NCBI RefSeq assembly: GCF_009914755.1
Contig: NC_060939.1
Length of the DNA: 64,000 bases
Source: the human T2T-CHM13v2.0 reference genome, Homo sapiens
Strand: one strand, 5' to 3'
Below are positions 1 through 16,201 of the stretch, in pieces. The translations under genes were made by a program, and so were the position numbers. The first letter of the stretch is position 1, and the number at the start of each line of letters is the position of its first letter. The notes beneath the pieces are model-generated. The model was not told the origin of the DNA and did no database searches. It saw only the letters and a list, made by a program, of their open reading frames with translations.

Positions 1-169
1 CAAGTTGTAGTGAGTCAGTGGGTAGAGTGCTGGCTCTTTCAGGTGCATTTGCTATTTATTTACTATGCAGCTTTAGGTAAGTTATTTGTCTCTGAAATCT
101 AATCTTCTCTTTTCTCTTGGCAAATGGTTATATGACATACCTTGTAGGGTTGTTTGTTAATTTTTTCAA

Positions 170-1075
170 GTATCTTTTGTTTGTCAGGCACGGTTCTAGG
201 TAATGGGAATTCAGTGACATCTGTAGTTGCTGCCGTTAATCTATATCCTATTGAGGGAAGTAGAAAATAAACGAGTGAACAAACAATTGCAGTCATGTCT
301 GGTGGTGATGATTCTAGGAAGGATATGAAGAGTATTAGCAGAGATTGGGGAGGTCAGACAAGGCCTTACTGAGGAGGTGAGATTTGAACAGACCTGAAGA
401 AAGTCAAGGGAGCAAGTCACATGAAGATTCAGAGGAAGTATGGAAGGAACATCAAGTGCAAAGGACCTGAGATGGGAGAATGAACAGGGAGCCTGGTGTG
501 GCTGGAATGGGTGAGAAAGAGCGTGAGGAGATAAGGTTTGTATGTGTAGCCAGAGACCAGATCAAATAGGCTCTTAGGTATGGTGGGAAACAGCTGAAGG
601 ATTTGAGCAAGGCATGACAAGGTTGATTTAGGCTTTAAAAACTTTACTCTTGGCATAGGGAGCAGTAGTGGAAACGGAGAGACTAGTTAAGAGATTTGCA
701 GTCGTTCAGGCTAGAGAAGATGGTGGCTTGGATTAGGGTGGTAGCAGCGAAAGTGGTGAGAAGCGGTTTGAATCCATATACGCTGAAAATAGAACTATAG
801 GATTACTTACAGATTGGAAAAAGGTTCTAAAGGAAAGAAAGAAATTAAGGAGGATTCCTAGGTGTTTTACCTGAACAACTGGGTAAATGGGGAAGATGTG
901 GAATCAGTTTGCTGAGAGGTTGAAATTGTGATTTCCCTGTTGACATGCTAAGTTTGAGATCTGTGAAATTTTTAAGTGAAGGTATCAGTAAGCATTTGGA
1001 TATACAGTTCTGGAGTTCAGTGATGGTCTGGACTGGGTGTATGAATTAGAGAATTGTAGATAGAGAAGGGAGAGT
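170..1075 (-). mobile_element. L2 LINE relic
   Basis: Purine-rich degenerate sequence with typical antisense-L2 phrases (tgtcaggcacggttctagg, gaggaggtgagatttgaacagacctgaag, gagatttgcagtcgttcaggctagagaagatggtggcttgg). Boundaries approximate. Confidence 0.7.
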
Positions 1076-1482
1076 GGGAGGTTTTAGTGGGAATTAGGGA
1101 TATATAAAGCTCCATAATAGGGGCTCATGGCATAGTAGTTAATAATCATGACAGTCATAAAACAACCACCACTATGTATAGTAACTAAAGGAAGGCTAGA
1201 TATGAATGAAGGAAGATGGTAGTGACCTAAAACAATTATCTTGCATATTATATCAGAATTAGTTAGGATTCTAAACATGCTGAAAACTTTTCTTCTCTAA
1301 GCATGATAAAAATATTAGTGAACTCTATTTTCCATTTGTAGTCTGTAAGGATATTGGTGATAGTGGAAAGATAATGACGTTTTTATGTGATGCTAGTGTA
1401 TTATTTGAATGTACTTCACATACACATATACGAAGATAGTCTGGAAGGAGGCTACTGCAAAGTAGATGAGGGTAACTTTTGA

Positions 1483-2126
<644 letters not shown>

Positions 2127-2277
2127 TCTATTCTTATTCTTAATAAAAGGAGTTAATAATATTTTTTGAGGTTGGGCTCAGTTGGTGAGTTTCTAGGGTA
2201 GTGGGTTTCATTTGTTTGTGGTTGCTGATATTACTTATTCCATTTTTTTTTTTACTATGTATAGTCTATTGTCTTAA

Positions 2278-2576
<299 letters not shown>

Positions 2577-2615
2577 AATAATCTTAATCGTAAATGGGAA
2601 TCAGTTAAGAGTATT

Positions 2616-2750
2616 TTCTTTCTTTTTTTTGTTAAGAAATGAGGTTTTGCCGTGTTGCCTAGGCTGGACTTGAACTCTTGGGTTTAAGTGGTCCTCCCAC
2701 TCCAGCCTTCCTAGTTGCTGTGACTATAGGCACACGCCACTGCACCTGGC
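2616..2750 (-). mobile_element. Alu monomer (FLAM-like)
   Basis: Single diverged arm ending tgcacctggc. Confidence 0.7.
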
Positions 2751-5700
2751 TCTGGGTGGTTTTGAAATGAGTCCATAACAGTTCCTGGAAAAATTGTTAG
2801 CACATACTCTTCCCACCAGGCTAATCGTGGCACCATTTTGTTGAAAGGGTACTTTATGTTGCACTGTGGTGGGCAGATCTCTTCAGAATAATTGAACTGA
2901 GCATGAAGTTGTTTTGTTTTAAAATCTGAATTACACCATCAGCATTAACTTAGATTTTTAGAAGTATCCTTTTTCCCAGGTGATAGCTGTCCTAAAGGTG
3001 GTGGATATGACAGGGGCTTTTGACAAATTTGGCATTTTCAGTAATTCATGAATCACTTCTAAAAACATACTCAGTGATTTGGGTGGTATCTGTAAATTAA
3101 TCTATCATCCTTGTCTTGGCATTTGAGTTCTGCCTTGTCTAAGTGGGTGTGTTTCTGGAGTGGGAGAAGGGAGGTCCGTTGTGACATTGCATGGAAATAA
3201 TTTCTTTTACCTTTAACAAGCTGGAAGAAAATGGTTTTTGGATGCTTTGTACACAGAGTGTACATCCTCTTGGATGCTTTGTACACAGAGCGGCTGGGCT
3301 CAGAATAGAAAGGAACTATAGATGAGACTTTGCAGTTTGGGAGTTATTTGGGGAAAAAATACGGTAACAAGAGTTGGGAAGTAGAGTTCTAAGTGTTCAT
3401 TTGATCACATGAAGCCTTGGGGGCTGGCTGAGGTGCTTCCTCTCTTCAGGGATTAAAGGCATGCATGGGTCAGTGGGCAGTAATAGCCAAAGCTTTTGCT
3501 TGGGCATTCCTGCCAAAATAGTGCTGTGTGTATGTTTAGAGCATAGAATAGTGTGTATGTCCAGTCTAGAGAGGTTTTTTGAGGTCATTTTCTATAAGGT
3601 GTTTTTGAAAAAGTAAAGTTACTATAAAGGGAAGAAGAAACTTTTGTGTGTTTACCTACGTGTTATGTTATCTACATTCTCTTAATTCCTTACAGTAATC
3701 CTATAAGACAGATATTATTCTTTCTCCCTTTTTTGATGAAAAAACTAGGGTTTAGAGATTTAAGTTTGCTTCTCTCAAGTCAATGAACTACAATTTTGAT
3801 CTGGGACATTGTGACTACAAACATAACTCTAGTTTTATTATATATGCCATAAGTCACATTTTTTTCACTTTGATGTAATTATATCCAAAGTAGCTAGTTT
3901 AAAATTCCATCTTGTTCTTGGTGTAAATAGAAAATCATTGATTGTGGTCTGCTCTTAAAGTTTTCCTAGAATTCTTAAAAACATGCTAGGCTTCCATGTT
4001 TGTGCCTTGAAAGTAGCAGAAACTTGCCAATAGAATTGTGGAACTGTATTTTCCTTCACATACAGAAGCTTTGTGGATGGACATTAATAATTAACATTTA
4101 CACATTTGTTCACATCTTCAAAGTGTTTTACAAACATTTAATTAGTTCATGTGTAAACTATATAGGAAGTTGAAAAACCAGTTTTTTAGGTTCATTTTAG
4201 TAGTACTGAAGTGTTAGGGGGAGAAGGAGTAAGCAAGCCCTCAGTAAGAAAAATACAGGTATGCACCATGAAGTTCTAAACATCTTTTCTTACCTGCCTA
4301 GCTTTCAGCCCAGTTTGGCTCATATCAAACATGTTTTTTGGGTGTATATCTTCTCTGTAATACAGGGGAGTGGATTATGTGGACCCAACAGAAGACAGGG
4401 TGGAATGGTTGGGGAAAGACCTGGGTCATGTAATGCAACTTTCTCTTCCGTAGTCCCTTAAATGTGAATTGTCCTTGATTCATCCCTTTGAGCATTTTGA
4501 AGGCCAGGATGTTGTTGGAGCAGAGACTCTGGCAAATGAATGGAGCATGCATGTTAATTTCTAGGGAAAAAATCTTTTATTTTTCACTCTTGATTTAGGA
4601 AATAATAGCTCTATAACTAGATACTTTGCTAGTTTCCTCACAACTGCTTGTCACCTGATTCCATCTCCTCTCCTCCCACCCCCTGGTAAAATGGCTTTAA
4701 CTTGGCAAGGTTTGTAGTTGGAAGGAGACAGTAGTCCCAATTTAGCTGGGTTCTGTCACATAATTGACTGTGTGACCTTGAGCAGGTAGGTTACTGCTCT
4801 TTTGCCTTTGAGTTCTTTTGTTCTGTGAAATGGTATTTGCTGACTCACCTTTCACTGAGTCCTAGAAGGATGGCCAGAGAAAGATATAAAACTTAGACTC
4901 TTGGACATGAAATGGGACAGAGGTTATTTTCACATTAGTGAGGATTCTTCAGAGTTGCAACGACTCCTTTCTACTTTGCTTGGAGTAACTAATTTTCTTA
5001 CTATTCTTGTCAACCTCATTACTATAAACACTTTTTCTAATACAGTACAGTAAATAGAATTATTTGATAAATAGTGTGTCTGGGTAATTTCCTAAGACAG
5101 GACATGCAAGTTCCTTTTAATCAGTGCTTATAGCCCATTGTTCAGAGGAACCGTTCATTGTTCAGAAGAATCTTTGTGTAGATAACCTTGCCAGAGAAAC
5201 CTTACTTAGTATGTGATCTCAGAAAGGAGAAGAATTCTGATAGCTTGGCATGTATATTTAATTAAATTTTTATAATGAATGAGAATCTGTTCTTTTAATG
5301 GGGCTGTATAAGAATGGCCCTGAACTTTTGCCTCTATCCAATAGTGTTGTTTTTCAAGTCTTTCTTTTTTTCTCCATCCCTTTCCTTCTCTTCTTGAAAT
5401 CTGAAAATTTAAAGGTGGGATGAGTTGGCTGTGGCTGTTGAACCTCTTTGTAACATGAAATACACCCAGGTTTAAACTTATCTTTCTGTTCTGCCAAGAT
5501 TTATGGTAACTTGGAAGGAATATTTTACAGCCGGACATTGAGTAATACTATATATGAATTATGAATAATTGAGATTGGCTTAGTTAAGCGGTTAAAGTTA
5601 CTCTTTTATTTGAAAGGATATCTGAAGGCAGTGTTTATTTATCTTTTTGAAAAGGGAGACTTTTCGATAGGACAGATTGTATGTATAAGACAAGATAGAA

Positions 5701-5914
5701 GTTTTCTTTTGGAAACCTAGCTGGTTTCCAAACAATCCAATAAATGATTGTTTTTCCTATTTAGATTAGGGATTTGAGTTGTACTGTTTTTGGTTACCTC
5801 TTTGATTTTTCCGTATTGTCTTTGCCCAGTGTTCATTTCCTTTCCCCGGTTAATCTAGTAGGATGTACTGTCAGATTGCCCACTGAATAGATGGGGTAAT
5901 GTAATATCACATGT

Positions 5915-6050
5915 CTATCTTTCCTCCCAGATTATAAACTTCTTGAGGGCAAATTTTATCTGCTTTGTTTATTGCTGTATCCCCAGCAACAATGGCACAT
6001 AATAGTTGCTTCTCAAGAAATATATGGGTTGATGGAAGGATGAATGAATT
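5915..6050 (+). mobile_element. L2 3' end fragment
   Basis: cagattataaacttcttgagggc...tattgctgtatccccagca...gaatgaat, the typical L2 3' terminus. Confidence 0.6.
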
Positions 6051-6057
6051 TTTGACT

Positions 6058-6060
<3 letters not shown>

Positions 6061-6090
<30 letters not shown>

Positions 6091-6098
6091 CATACATA
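6061..6098. repeat. (CA)n microsatellite
   Basis: Direct observation of the cataca/(ca)n run. Confidence 0.95.
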
Positions 6099-7924
6099 TG
6101 CACACATAACATACATGTATATATTAAACTTAATAAAATCTATCCTGTTGCGAATAAATGAACAGATGTTTATTTTTTCTTTTCTAGCATCAGTTTTAGT
6201 TTGATTTTGGTCAGTTTAAAGCATTCCTTTTGGGGAAAGAGAAGACATCATGTTAAATGGAAGTTTGGTATTGACCAAGTTTGGTGGTAAAATCTATACA
6301 GCTCTTGCCTGATGGTTGTGCTTGGTCCACGTAGGGCTCTGTCACTTTCCGTTTTAACCTCTTCAGCAACTTCATCATTGGCATATGGATGGTTGACCTA
6401 AGAATGTGGTGCGTGATGGCTGGCTTAATTAAAAAACAAAATTATGATTGTAAAACATGTTCACAGTAGAACGGTAGAATTGACTCATATACTCATTACC
6501 CAGATTCTAGCAAGATTTTGCTATTCTCTACATGCATTATTTTAAAAAAAGCTTTGTTTTGATATAATTCATATACCATAAAATTCACCCATGCTTTACT
6601 ATAATATGTTTGTCCTAGTTGTCCTGAAAGTCACTACGAACTATTCTTTTTAGTGATTTTTAAATGGTATTTTTACTCCAATGTATAATACTGTAAACCA
6701 TGAAATGCCTCTGTAAAACAAGGCACGATAGGTTTCCAGGATATGAAACAGACAACTTTAACTCAAAGCAAATGAGTGCTGAGTAGCCTGTTTTCCTTTC
6801 AGCAGAGTAATTGCAGAAATAGGACTGCAAACCTTTTATTAAGCACTTTTATATGAAATTTGAGGTTTCTGTCAAATTAGACATGGAAAATTAAAGCTGC
6901 ACAAATTACTGATCTGTGCAGTTTTTTTGAGTCCTCTCGTATGTTAGACTTTTTTTTTTTTTTTTTTTTTTAAGATAACTGTTTCTCTTAAGTACCAGCA
7001 CAGGAATGCTATGATTTATACATAATTATTTTTGTTTTCACGTCAGTAGTCTTTTGTTCCCCCCATTGAATTTGGTGATTCCCCCCCGCCCCCCGAGGAT
7101 TATTTTTTAAATAATGCATTCCCAAGTATTTTGACTTTTGTGAAAGAAAATACTTTTTAAGGTAATTGAATACCTCCATAAATCTTGTATTTCCTTAATA
7201 ATTTATTTGGCAATGTATTTAAAAACAGTGTTGATATCTTAAAAGCTTTCATTTGAAGGCCCAAAAACAACTGATACATTGTTTTTCATAGCACTTTTTG
7301 TAAATATTATGTCCTAAGTGCATAGATTCTTTGAAATACTCCTCTTTCACCCCCTCTGTGGTAAAGAATTATTTTGGCTGCTTTGCCAAAAGTGCTTGTG
7401 GCAGTCTAAAGATGATCACTTTATTAGTTAGCTCACTGGGATATGTGCCCATAAATGGAGAGTTTTCTTTCCCGAGCTCAAATAAAGGTAATGGTTCATC
7501 TGTGAGATACCTCGGGACTCAAATACTAATTCAGAAGAAAAATTATATTTATTCTCTCCCCTCAGCCTTGATGCATGTTGAAATCTGCGGGGACAAGTTC
7601 ACTAATATAATAGCTGTCACTTATTGGGAACCATTATTGATCTATTGGTAGCTATTCATCTAAGTGTCTTATATAGGTCAGGTCTTATCTCTGCAAGGAA
7701 GGTATTTTTATGATTTTACCAGAAAAGGAAATTGAAGCTCAGAGAAATTAATAGCTAATTTTATATATACTTCATTCAGCATTTTATTTAAGGCCTGTTG
7801 TATGTCAGGCACACTACTGGGCACCAGGGATTGAGGAATAAACAAAATAAGATGTAGTCACTGCCCTTAAAGCACTCATGATTTTGTTTCTTGATTGATA
7901 GGCAGTAACAATAATAGTGATAAT

Positions 7925-8150
7925 TGCCATCATTTATTATTACTTTCCATTTGCCAAGTGTAGTAGTAAGTACTCTACAAACCCTTGTCTCATTTTAATC
8001 CTCATAATTCTAATCCTCACAAAATGTGGAAGTATCCATATTTTATGGATGAGGAGACAGAGGCCCAGAGAGGCTGGACTTGCTCAGGGTCACACAGTTA
8101 GTATGTGGCTGAGTTCATACTTGAACATGGATCTTACTCTAGAACTTATA
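7925..8150 (-). mobile_element. MIR
   Basis: MIR core attttatggatgaggagacagaggcccagagagg...cttgctcagggtcacacag. Confidence 0.65.
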
Positions 8151-8575
8151 CTCTGCTCAGCATTCCTCATTCTGGCGAGAGTTGAAACGAGTAATGATGT
8201 GAAAGGGACATCATTGTGAGCTATTATTTTGGCAGAACTTTATGTAACTTTGACTTTGCCAGTAGATTTATTTTTATGGTTAATCTCTTATTCTAGGAGT
8301 CATCAGATCGTTTTCATGATTTATGAAAGACATTTTTAATAAGTCTTATTTTTATTACAACAGTAATGTACAGTTCCTCTAGAAATTTAGGAACTATAGT
8401 CCCCCAAAAGTACACATAAATGACACTACCTAGAGAAAATTGTTGGGTATAATTTTTCTTTCCAAACTTGAAAACTTGTAGAGAGAGAGTGTGTGTATGT
8501 ACATATATACAGCCCATATGTGGACTAGCCATATGTGGCATATTTTATGTACTCTTGAGCATAAACAGGTTATAA

Positions 8576-9240
<665 letters not shown>

Positions 9241-9263
9241 ACGTTTTTAAAGTTTTAGATGCA

Positions 9264-9604
<341 letters not shown>

Positions 9605-9993
9605 AAAGTTTTAGATGCCATAAGATAATTACTCATAGAATTACTGGATTACTGGCAACCAAAGAAAAAATGAAAGAACTCTGTATTTCTAAAAGGATAT
9701 GAAGAAACTCACGAAGCATCGTTACTGTCCTCTTAGGTGCTAAACGTTAATCTGAGTTCTCAATATTAAAAGACAGATGGAGGAAACTTTCAAATAAAGT
9801 CACTGATATCATGTTCCTTTGGCTTGTTCTTAGTTGTCGGTTCAGATTAACTCCAGCAATAAAACAGGGAAGTATTTGAGATAAGATTTAGAGATGCTGA
9901 GGAGTAAGGTCCTCTTCTACACAAAGAGCCCTGTGAAAGATGATCTGTGGCCATTCTGTTGCTTATCTAAATGCATGTTAGAATTAATATAAC

Positions 9994-10146
9994 TTATTTA
10001 TTTATTTATTTCATTATTATTTTTTCTAGAGATGGTGTCTCGCTGTGTTGACCAGGCTGGTCTCCTCAAACTCTTGGCCTCAAGTGATCCTCCCACCTGG
10101 GCTTCCCAAAGTGCTGGGATTACAGGCATGAGCCACTGCGCCTGAC
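9994..10146 (-). mobile_element. FLAM_C-like Alu monomer
   Basis: (TTTA)n tail plus a single left arm. Confidence 0.8.
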
Positions 10147-10166
10147 TGTTAAAGCTTTTAGTTCTG

Positions 10167-10483
10167 GGCCAGGCTCAGTGGCTCACACTTATAATCTCAG
10201 CATTTTGAGAGGTTGAGGTGGGAGGATAGCTTGAAGTCAGGAGGCCAGGAGTTCAGGACCAGCCTGGGCAACATAGTGAGAGCCTGTCTCTACAAAATAA
10301 AAATTAAAAAATTAGCTGGGTGGTGATGCATGCCTATAGTTGTAGCTACCTGAGAGGCTGAGGCGGAAGGATCACTTGAGTCCATGAGTTAGAGGTTACA
10401 GTGAGCTATGATCACACTGCCTTTACTCCAGCCTGGGTGACAAAGCAAGATCCTGTCTCTAAAAAAAAAATTAAAAAACAAAA
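10167..10483 (+). mobile_element. AluJ-type SINE
   Basis: Diverged dimer flanked on both sides by tttagttctg. Confidence 0.85.
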
Positions 10484-10890
10484 TTTAGTTCTGAAAGTAC
10501 AAATACGTATAATCCACATATGTTCCTCAAATCACAGTTACATATTGACATCATGGTTTAGATAATCAAGAAAACAAGCAAATTAAACATTGGAACTGTG
10601 TTCTTGACTTTAATGTAGGCAAACCTTTTTCTCTGAGCCAAAGATTAGTCAACTGGTCTCAGCTATAATAATGATTTTCAATCATAATATTTGTGAAGGT
10701 TTTCTGTATTATAAGTAGGAAGAACTAGTTGTATAGGAAGTTGTAAGTCAGGTAGCTGTGTAAGGTGATCTCTTGGCACTGTTGATACACCAGCTTGTCT
10801 CTGTTTTGTTGACCATTCTTAGGAGTATCTTGTTGATATTCAGCCTATTTCTGGTTACAGAGAAATAGCTGATTAATCATAATTTAGTAG

Positions 10891-11235
<345 letters not shown>

Positions 11236-12734
11236 TAATTTATGATGGTTCTATAATAAAGTCTTGGAACATGTAGATAGTTAATTCAGATGTGGGAGGG
11301 CTTCTGTGGTCTTGAAACCACCCAGTTTTTTATGTAGTATACCTGATTATTGAACTGTTTAGTTTCGTTATGAAGTCTAGATGTTACTTGGTTTTGGTAA
11401 GGAACCCTATGTAGAATTTTGAGGACGTCTCCTCTGCCAACCTGAATTGATCAGAATTTTTATAGACCTCCCAAAGGACCTCTGTTTTGGAAATCTTTTG
11501 GGGCAAGGCCAGCTTTGATTTGTTTTCTCTGTTACAACAGCATTATTTGGGCTTAAATCTCAGAAGTGTGCCATTCTGCTTTTTTACTGTTTCCTCCCCC
11601 TGGTAACTTGAGCTATTATAAACTGTTTACCAAAGAAGCTAGTCATTTTTGTCTCAGTATTCTCTTAAACTGTCCCTTTGAGGTTGTAAAAAAGAGAGTA
11701 ATAACAATTAGCAGGTCAACCAACAAATAGGACCTTGGTATCTCACATTTCAGAGGATTCTTCCTTAGGTCTCCCTACTTTCTTTCCTGTCTTAGGGATC
11801 TGGGATAAACAATTAGCTTGGTAAATCAGTGGTAGGAATTAAATGTTTCTGTGCAGTTTTTCTGGGACATAGGACAATAATAATGGGGAACAAAATAATA
11901 AGAGAATGAGTAACAAGACAGTAGTAATAAGAATGCCAGATTAAAAATAGGAAGATGGAAACTCACTGACTGGTAGAAATGTAAAGGATAAATTCTGATG
12001 TAAAACATTCTGTAGCTGAGAAAAACTTGTTAGTGAACAGACACTGGATTAGGATTCAATAAATTTGGTTTAGTTTGCTGCCAACAACCTTGGGCAAGTT
12101 GCTTAGCCCACTCCACCTCAATTCTCCCATCAAAAATGAAACGGTTAAACTGTATCAGGTTTTTGTTTGGTTCTTTGTTGTGTTTTCCCCAAAAAGTATC
12201 CTCAAGTCCTGGAGATCCTTGGAATTACATCAAGGGCCCAAGTGAGATTGGGGAGGGCATGAAAAAGAGAGCAAGTGGTGCTACACAGAGTAGTTCCACT
12301 TTCCTCTAGTTTATTTTTGTGTTTCCTGTAATGTTTCCTTCGAAGACACTTCCATGGCCAAAAAATCAGTTTGGAAACATCTGGACTGAAATATGTTGAA
12401 AGTGCCTTCTGGTGCCTAGGATTTGGTGTTTATGAATCTCCATCTGTTGGCTGGATGTCTTTGTTCTTGGTATAAGTCTTTCATGGTTAGGGAAATTTTA
12501 CTGGCTGAATCATGAAGGAACTGTATAATACAATGGGGGATCGTGGTATCTGACTGCTAGGCTGTGCTCTGATGTTAACTGCCCATGAGATAGTTCTCAA
12601 CTAAGCAATTAGAAATTAAAATACTTTTTAGCTCTCCGGGAGCTTGGGAAATCCTGATAAAAAGATGCAAAGAATCATACTCCTTGCTTATCAAAACCTA
12701 TTTATGCTAGCTGCCATTTTTTTTTTCGAGCACT

Positions 12735-12930
12735 TACTTTGTAGCATTTTATCTGTATGTCTCACTTAACCCTGGGGTGGTCTTGTGAAGTAGCTGGAGT
12801 TAGCTCTGCCGTAAATGGTAGTTGAGGCTTACTAAGATTGTGTAGCTTGGCTAAACTCCCACAGCCAGAAGTGCAAGAGCTGGGGATTGAAACTAGGATT
12901 GTGTTTCTAAAATGTGTGCATTCTTTATTA
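12735..12930 (-). mobile_element. MIR
   Basis: cttggctaaactcccacagccagaagtgcaagagctggggattgaaactagg. Confidence 0.55.
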
Positions 12931-13447
12931 TGTTCACCTGCCTTTCTTAAAGTTACAGGAGTTTTGTAGCTGTGAGACGTTTTTAATAGCACCGCTGTTA
13001 CTCATGTTTTTCATTAATGAAATCTGGTAATAAAAGTGATTAGCAACGTTCATTGTTCTTAACTGCTTGTTATGCCAAGGACTCTTAATAGTAGGGCAGA
13101 AATGATTTGATTATATTGTATATACCATTCCTTATCTGTTAGGTCCTCATAAATAAGGAAAAAATGAGAAATTTGTAAGATTAGAGCAGAATGAAATAAG
13201 CTATGTTTTCTTTAATGGTTGGAAATTATTCCTAAAAGAATAATAGATATGAAAAAAATCTAAAATAGGTGATGCTAAATTCTTTAGAGTCAGTGAACAT
13301 ACAGAGATTAGATTGTTTTATGATCAGTGTGGTGCTAACTTTGATGCCCTAAGAATGGATTTACCATGGTGGTACCTAATGCAAGGAAATTGGGCATTTT
13401 TTTCTTCACAACATAATTTATTGCTGGACACTGTAAAAATATCAAAA

Positions 13448-14162
13448 CGTGGTGGGCATTAGTGCCACTCACTACAATTTCTAGTTCTCCTTTTTGCATG
13501 TGGAATATCACATTTCCCAGCCTATTTCAAGATGGCATGGTCTTGTGACTTGCTGTGTCCCATGGAAATGTGTCGCTTTTGGCTAGAAGCATTTAAAAGC
13601 TGATGTGAGGTCGGGCGCAGTGGCTCATGCCTGTAATCCCAGCCCTTTGGGAAGCTGAGGTGGGTGGATCACCTGAGGTCAGGAGTTCGAGATCAGCCTG
13701 ATCAACATAGTGAAACCTTGTCTTTACTAAAAATACAAAAATTAGCCGGGCGTGGTGGCGCATGTCTGTAATCCCAGCTACTTGGAAGGCTGAGGCAGGA
13801 GAATCGCTTGAACCCGGGAGGTGGTTCAAGCGATTCTCAGTGAGCCTAGACCACACCATCGCATGCCATCCTGGGCAACAAGAGCAAAACTCCTCTCAAA
13901 AAAAAAAAAAAAAAATCTGACGTGAAATGCTCTCTCTCTTTCCTTGCTTTTGGGACCTGGAAGCACAAGTAGCTATGACAGTACCACATGATGAAATCAG
14001 GTTGGAATACTGCCCTGAGGCTTGAAGGATTGCTGCCCCAGAGAGTTGCCTGGAGCCATAGTGATCTTTGAGTGAGTGAGGAGTAAACTTCATTGTGTTA
14101 ACTTCTGATACCTTCTGGTTGTTGTTACCATAGTATAATCTAGCTTATCCTGACTTTACTAC
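13448..14162 (+). mobile_element. MLT1 (MaLR) solo LTR, interrupted by an Alu
   Basis: acatttcccagcc...gtgacttgctgtgtcccatggaaatgtg, with the typical 3' end taaacttcattgtgttaa...ttgttaccatagtataatctagcttatcctgact..taca. Confidence 0.7.
13609..13911 (+). mobile_element. AluS-type SINE with an internal fold-back
   Basis: Degenerate TSD aaaagctgatgtga (13595-13608) / aaaatctgacgtga (13912-13925). Right arm contains an inverted copy of its own sequence. Confidence 0.9.
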
Positions 14163-15906
14163 ACACATCATCAGAAATCATTAGTGTAAAAGATTTTTAA
14201 GGAGAGGGACTGACCAAGATTGAAGCATAATTACCTCAGATGCAGATAAGGTCAATAGCATAGTTAAGGGCAGGTTTTCTCTTTTAGCTGTCACCTGTTT
14301 TATGTTTTGTCAGTTTATTCTTCTTTTAGCTCAGTTTTGGTCGTATCACTGCCCCATTTAAAAATAGTAGTTCCTCATTGCCCACCGAATAAAATCTGAG
14401 TAAGGCCTGCCACAGTTTGGTTCTGCAACAACACGCTTTAAAAACTGTTCTCTCACTGTGGTGAAGTATTTATTTATCATCATGTGCCTTTGCCCATTCA
14501 TGCATTTGAGAAACATATATTGATTACTTTGTGTGCCAATGTGGAGGCTAGACCCTAGGGACACACAAAATGTTCCTTCCCATCTGTTCATGTCCAATTC
14601 TGCCTTAGCTTTTCAAGCTAAGTCTTGAAGGATGTTTCCTACATAAACCCTGCTTCATTCTCACAGTTGGTTATAAGCTGTCTTTCTGACCTCTCAAGCA
14701 TTTCTGGCACACTGTTTCCTATCCTGGTTGTAAAGTTGTACTTGTATATCTCATTCCCTTTACTGGGCTAGTGTCACACCTTTGTATCTTTAGTACCTAG
14801 CTCCCAGCTTATGGTAGGGGCTCAGTAATCTTTACTGAATGAATGGCTGTTAGATTGTGGCTGTGTTGAAAAGCCAATGATTAATTTGCCTTTGTTTGAC
14901 AAATTGTTACTATCTTTAAAGTTATTTTGCCTTCGTTGCTTGCACTTACCTCCTTCTAGCTATTATCATTGTGTGTGTTCATTCTTAGTACTCAGTAGGG
15001 CCTTATGTAGCAGTGGTTGTGTTTTTTTCTTTTTTTATAAGCTATCTGGAATGCTGTATCCTAGCACATTCTGGTGAGCTTTCCTTACCATTGTTTAAAG
15101 TCTGTTTTGTGTTTTAAAGATCCATTGTGAAGTTTCTTAATGTGACTTCTAAGTCTAGAGCTTATGAATAGATGAGTCATGTGTTTTAATCGATTCAGAC
15201 TTAGTTTTGTCTTGGTGTCTTGTTGTTTCTACTGATGTTTTCCTGAAAGATTTGTGCCTTTGAATCTGTGTTCTGAACTTATACTCTGGTTTCTCTTCGT
15301 ATGGTGTTAGTCTTTCCCCTTTTACTAAAGAGCTTTGAACTGGGTAGTTTAAAAGACCCAGATTCTAGTTTAGTTTGGCTTCTAGCTCACTTTGTTAACT
15401 TTGGTTGTGAAGTTTGTATCCACGAAACAAATGAGTTTGACAAAAATCCATGATTCACATACTGATTTTACTATGGACCGGGTAAGTTATTTGAATTCTA
15501 ATCTTGTGTGGATACAAAAATTGGAGACAAAATTCTGGTAGGGTTGGCAAAGGATGAAGGAAACTTTATTTATTTATTGAGTGCTTACTATGTGCTAGAT
15601 GCTGTTTATTTGCCTTATTCACTAACCTGTGAAGATTTTATCTCTGTGTTTTAGTTACAGAAATATGAGATACAAAGAAGCTAGGATACTTATTGAGCTA
15701 GTAAGGGCAGGATCCAGAACTTCGGCCAAAGTCAATTTCATTCCAAAGCCAGTGTTCTTTTTGTTGCAGTTTGCAAGCCGTTCCAGACTTCTCTAACGGA
15801 GTAGCCTTTAGGACAAATGATAGGTGTTGTATGTGTCTCTTGAAGAAAGTACTCTCTGTTGCATGTCATACTACTGGTAGAATACCTGCCCTCACCCCCC
15901 ACCCTC

Positions 15907-16201
<295 letters not shown>

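Noticed and set aside
3238-3290. CRISPR-like repeat-spacer-repeat
   Set aside because: Only two repeats with an 11-nt spacer, in human DNA with no cas genes.
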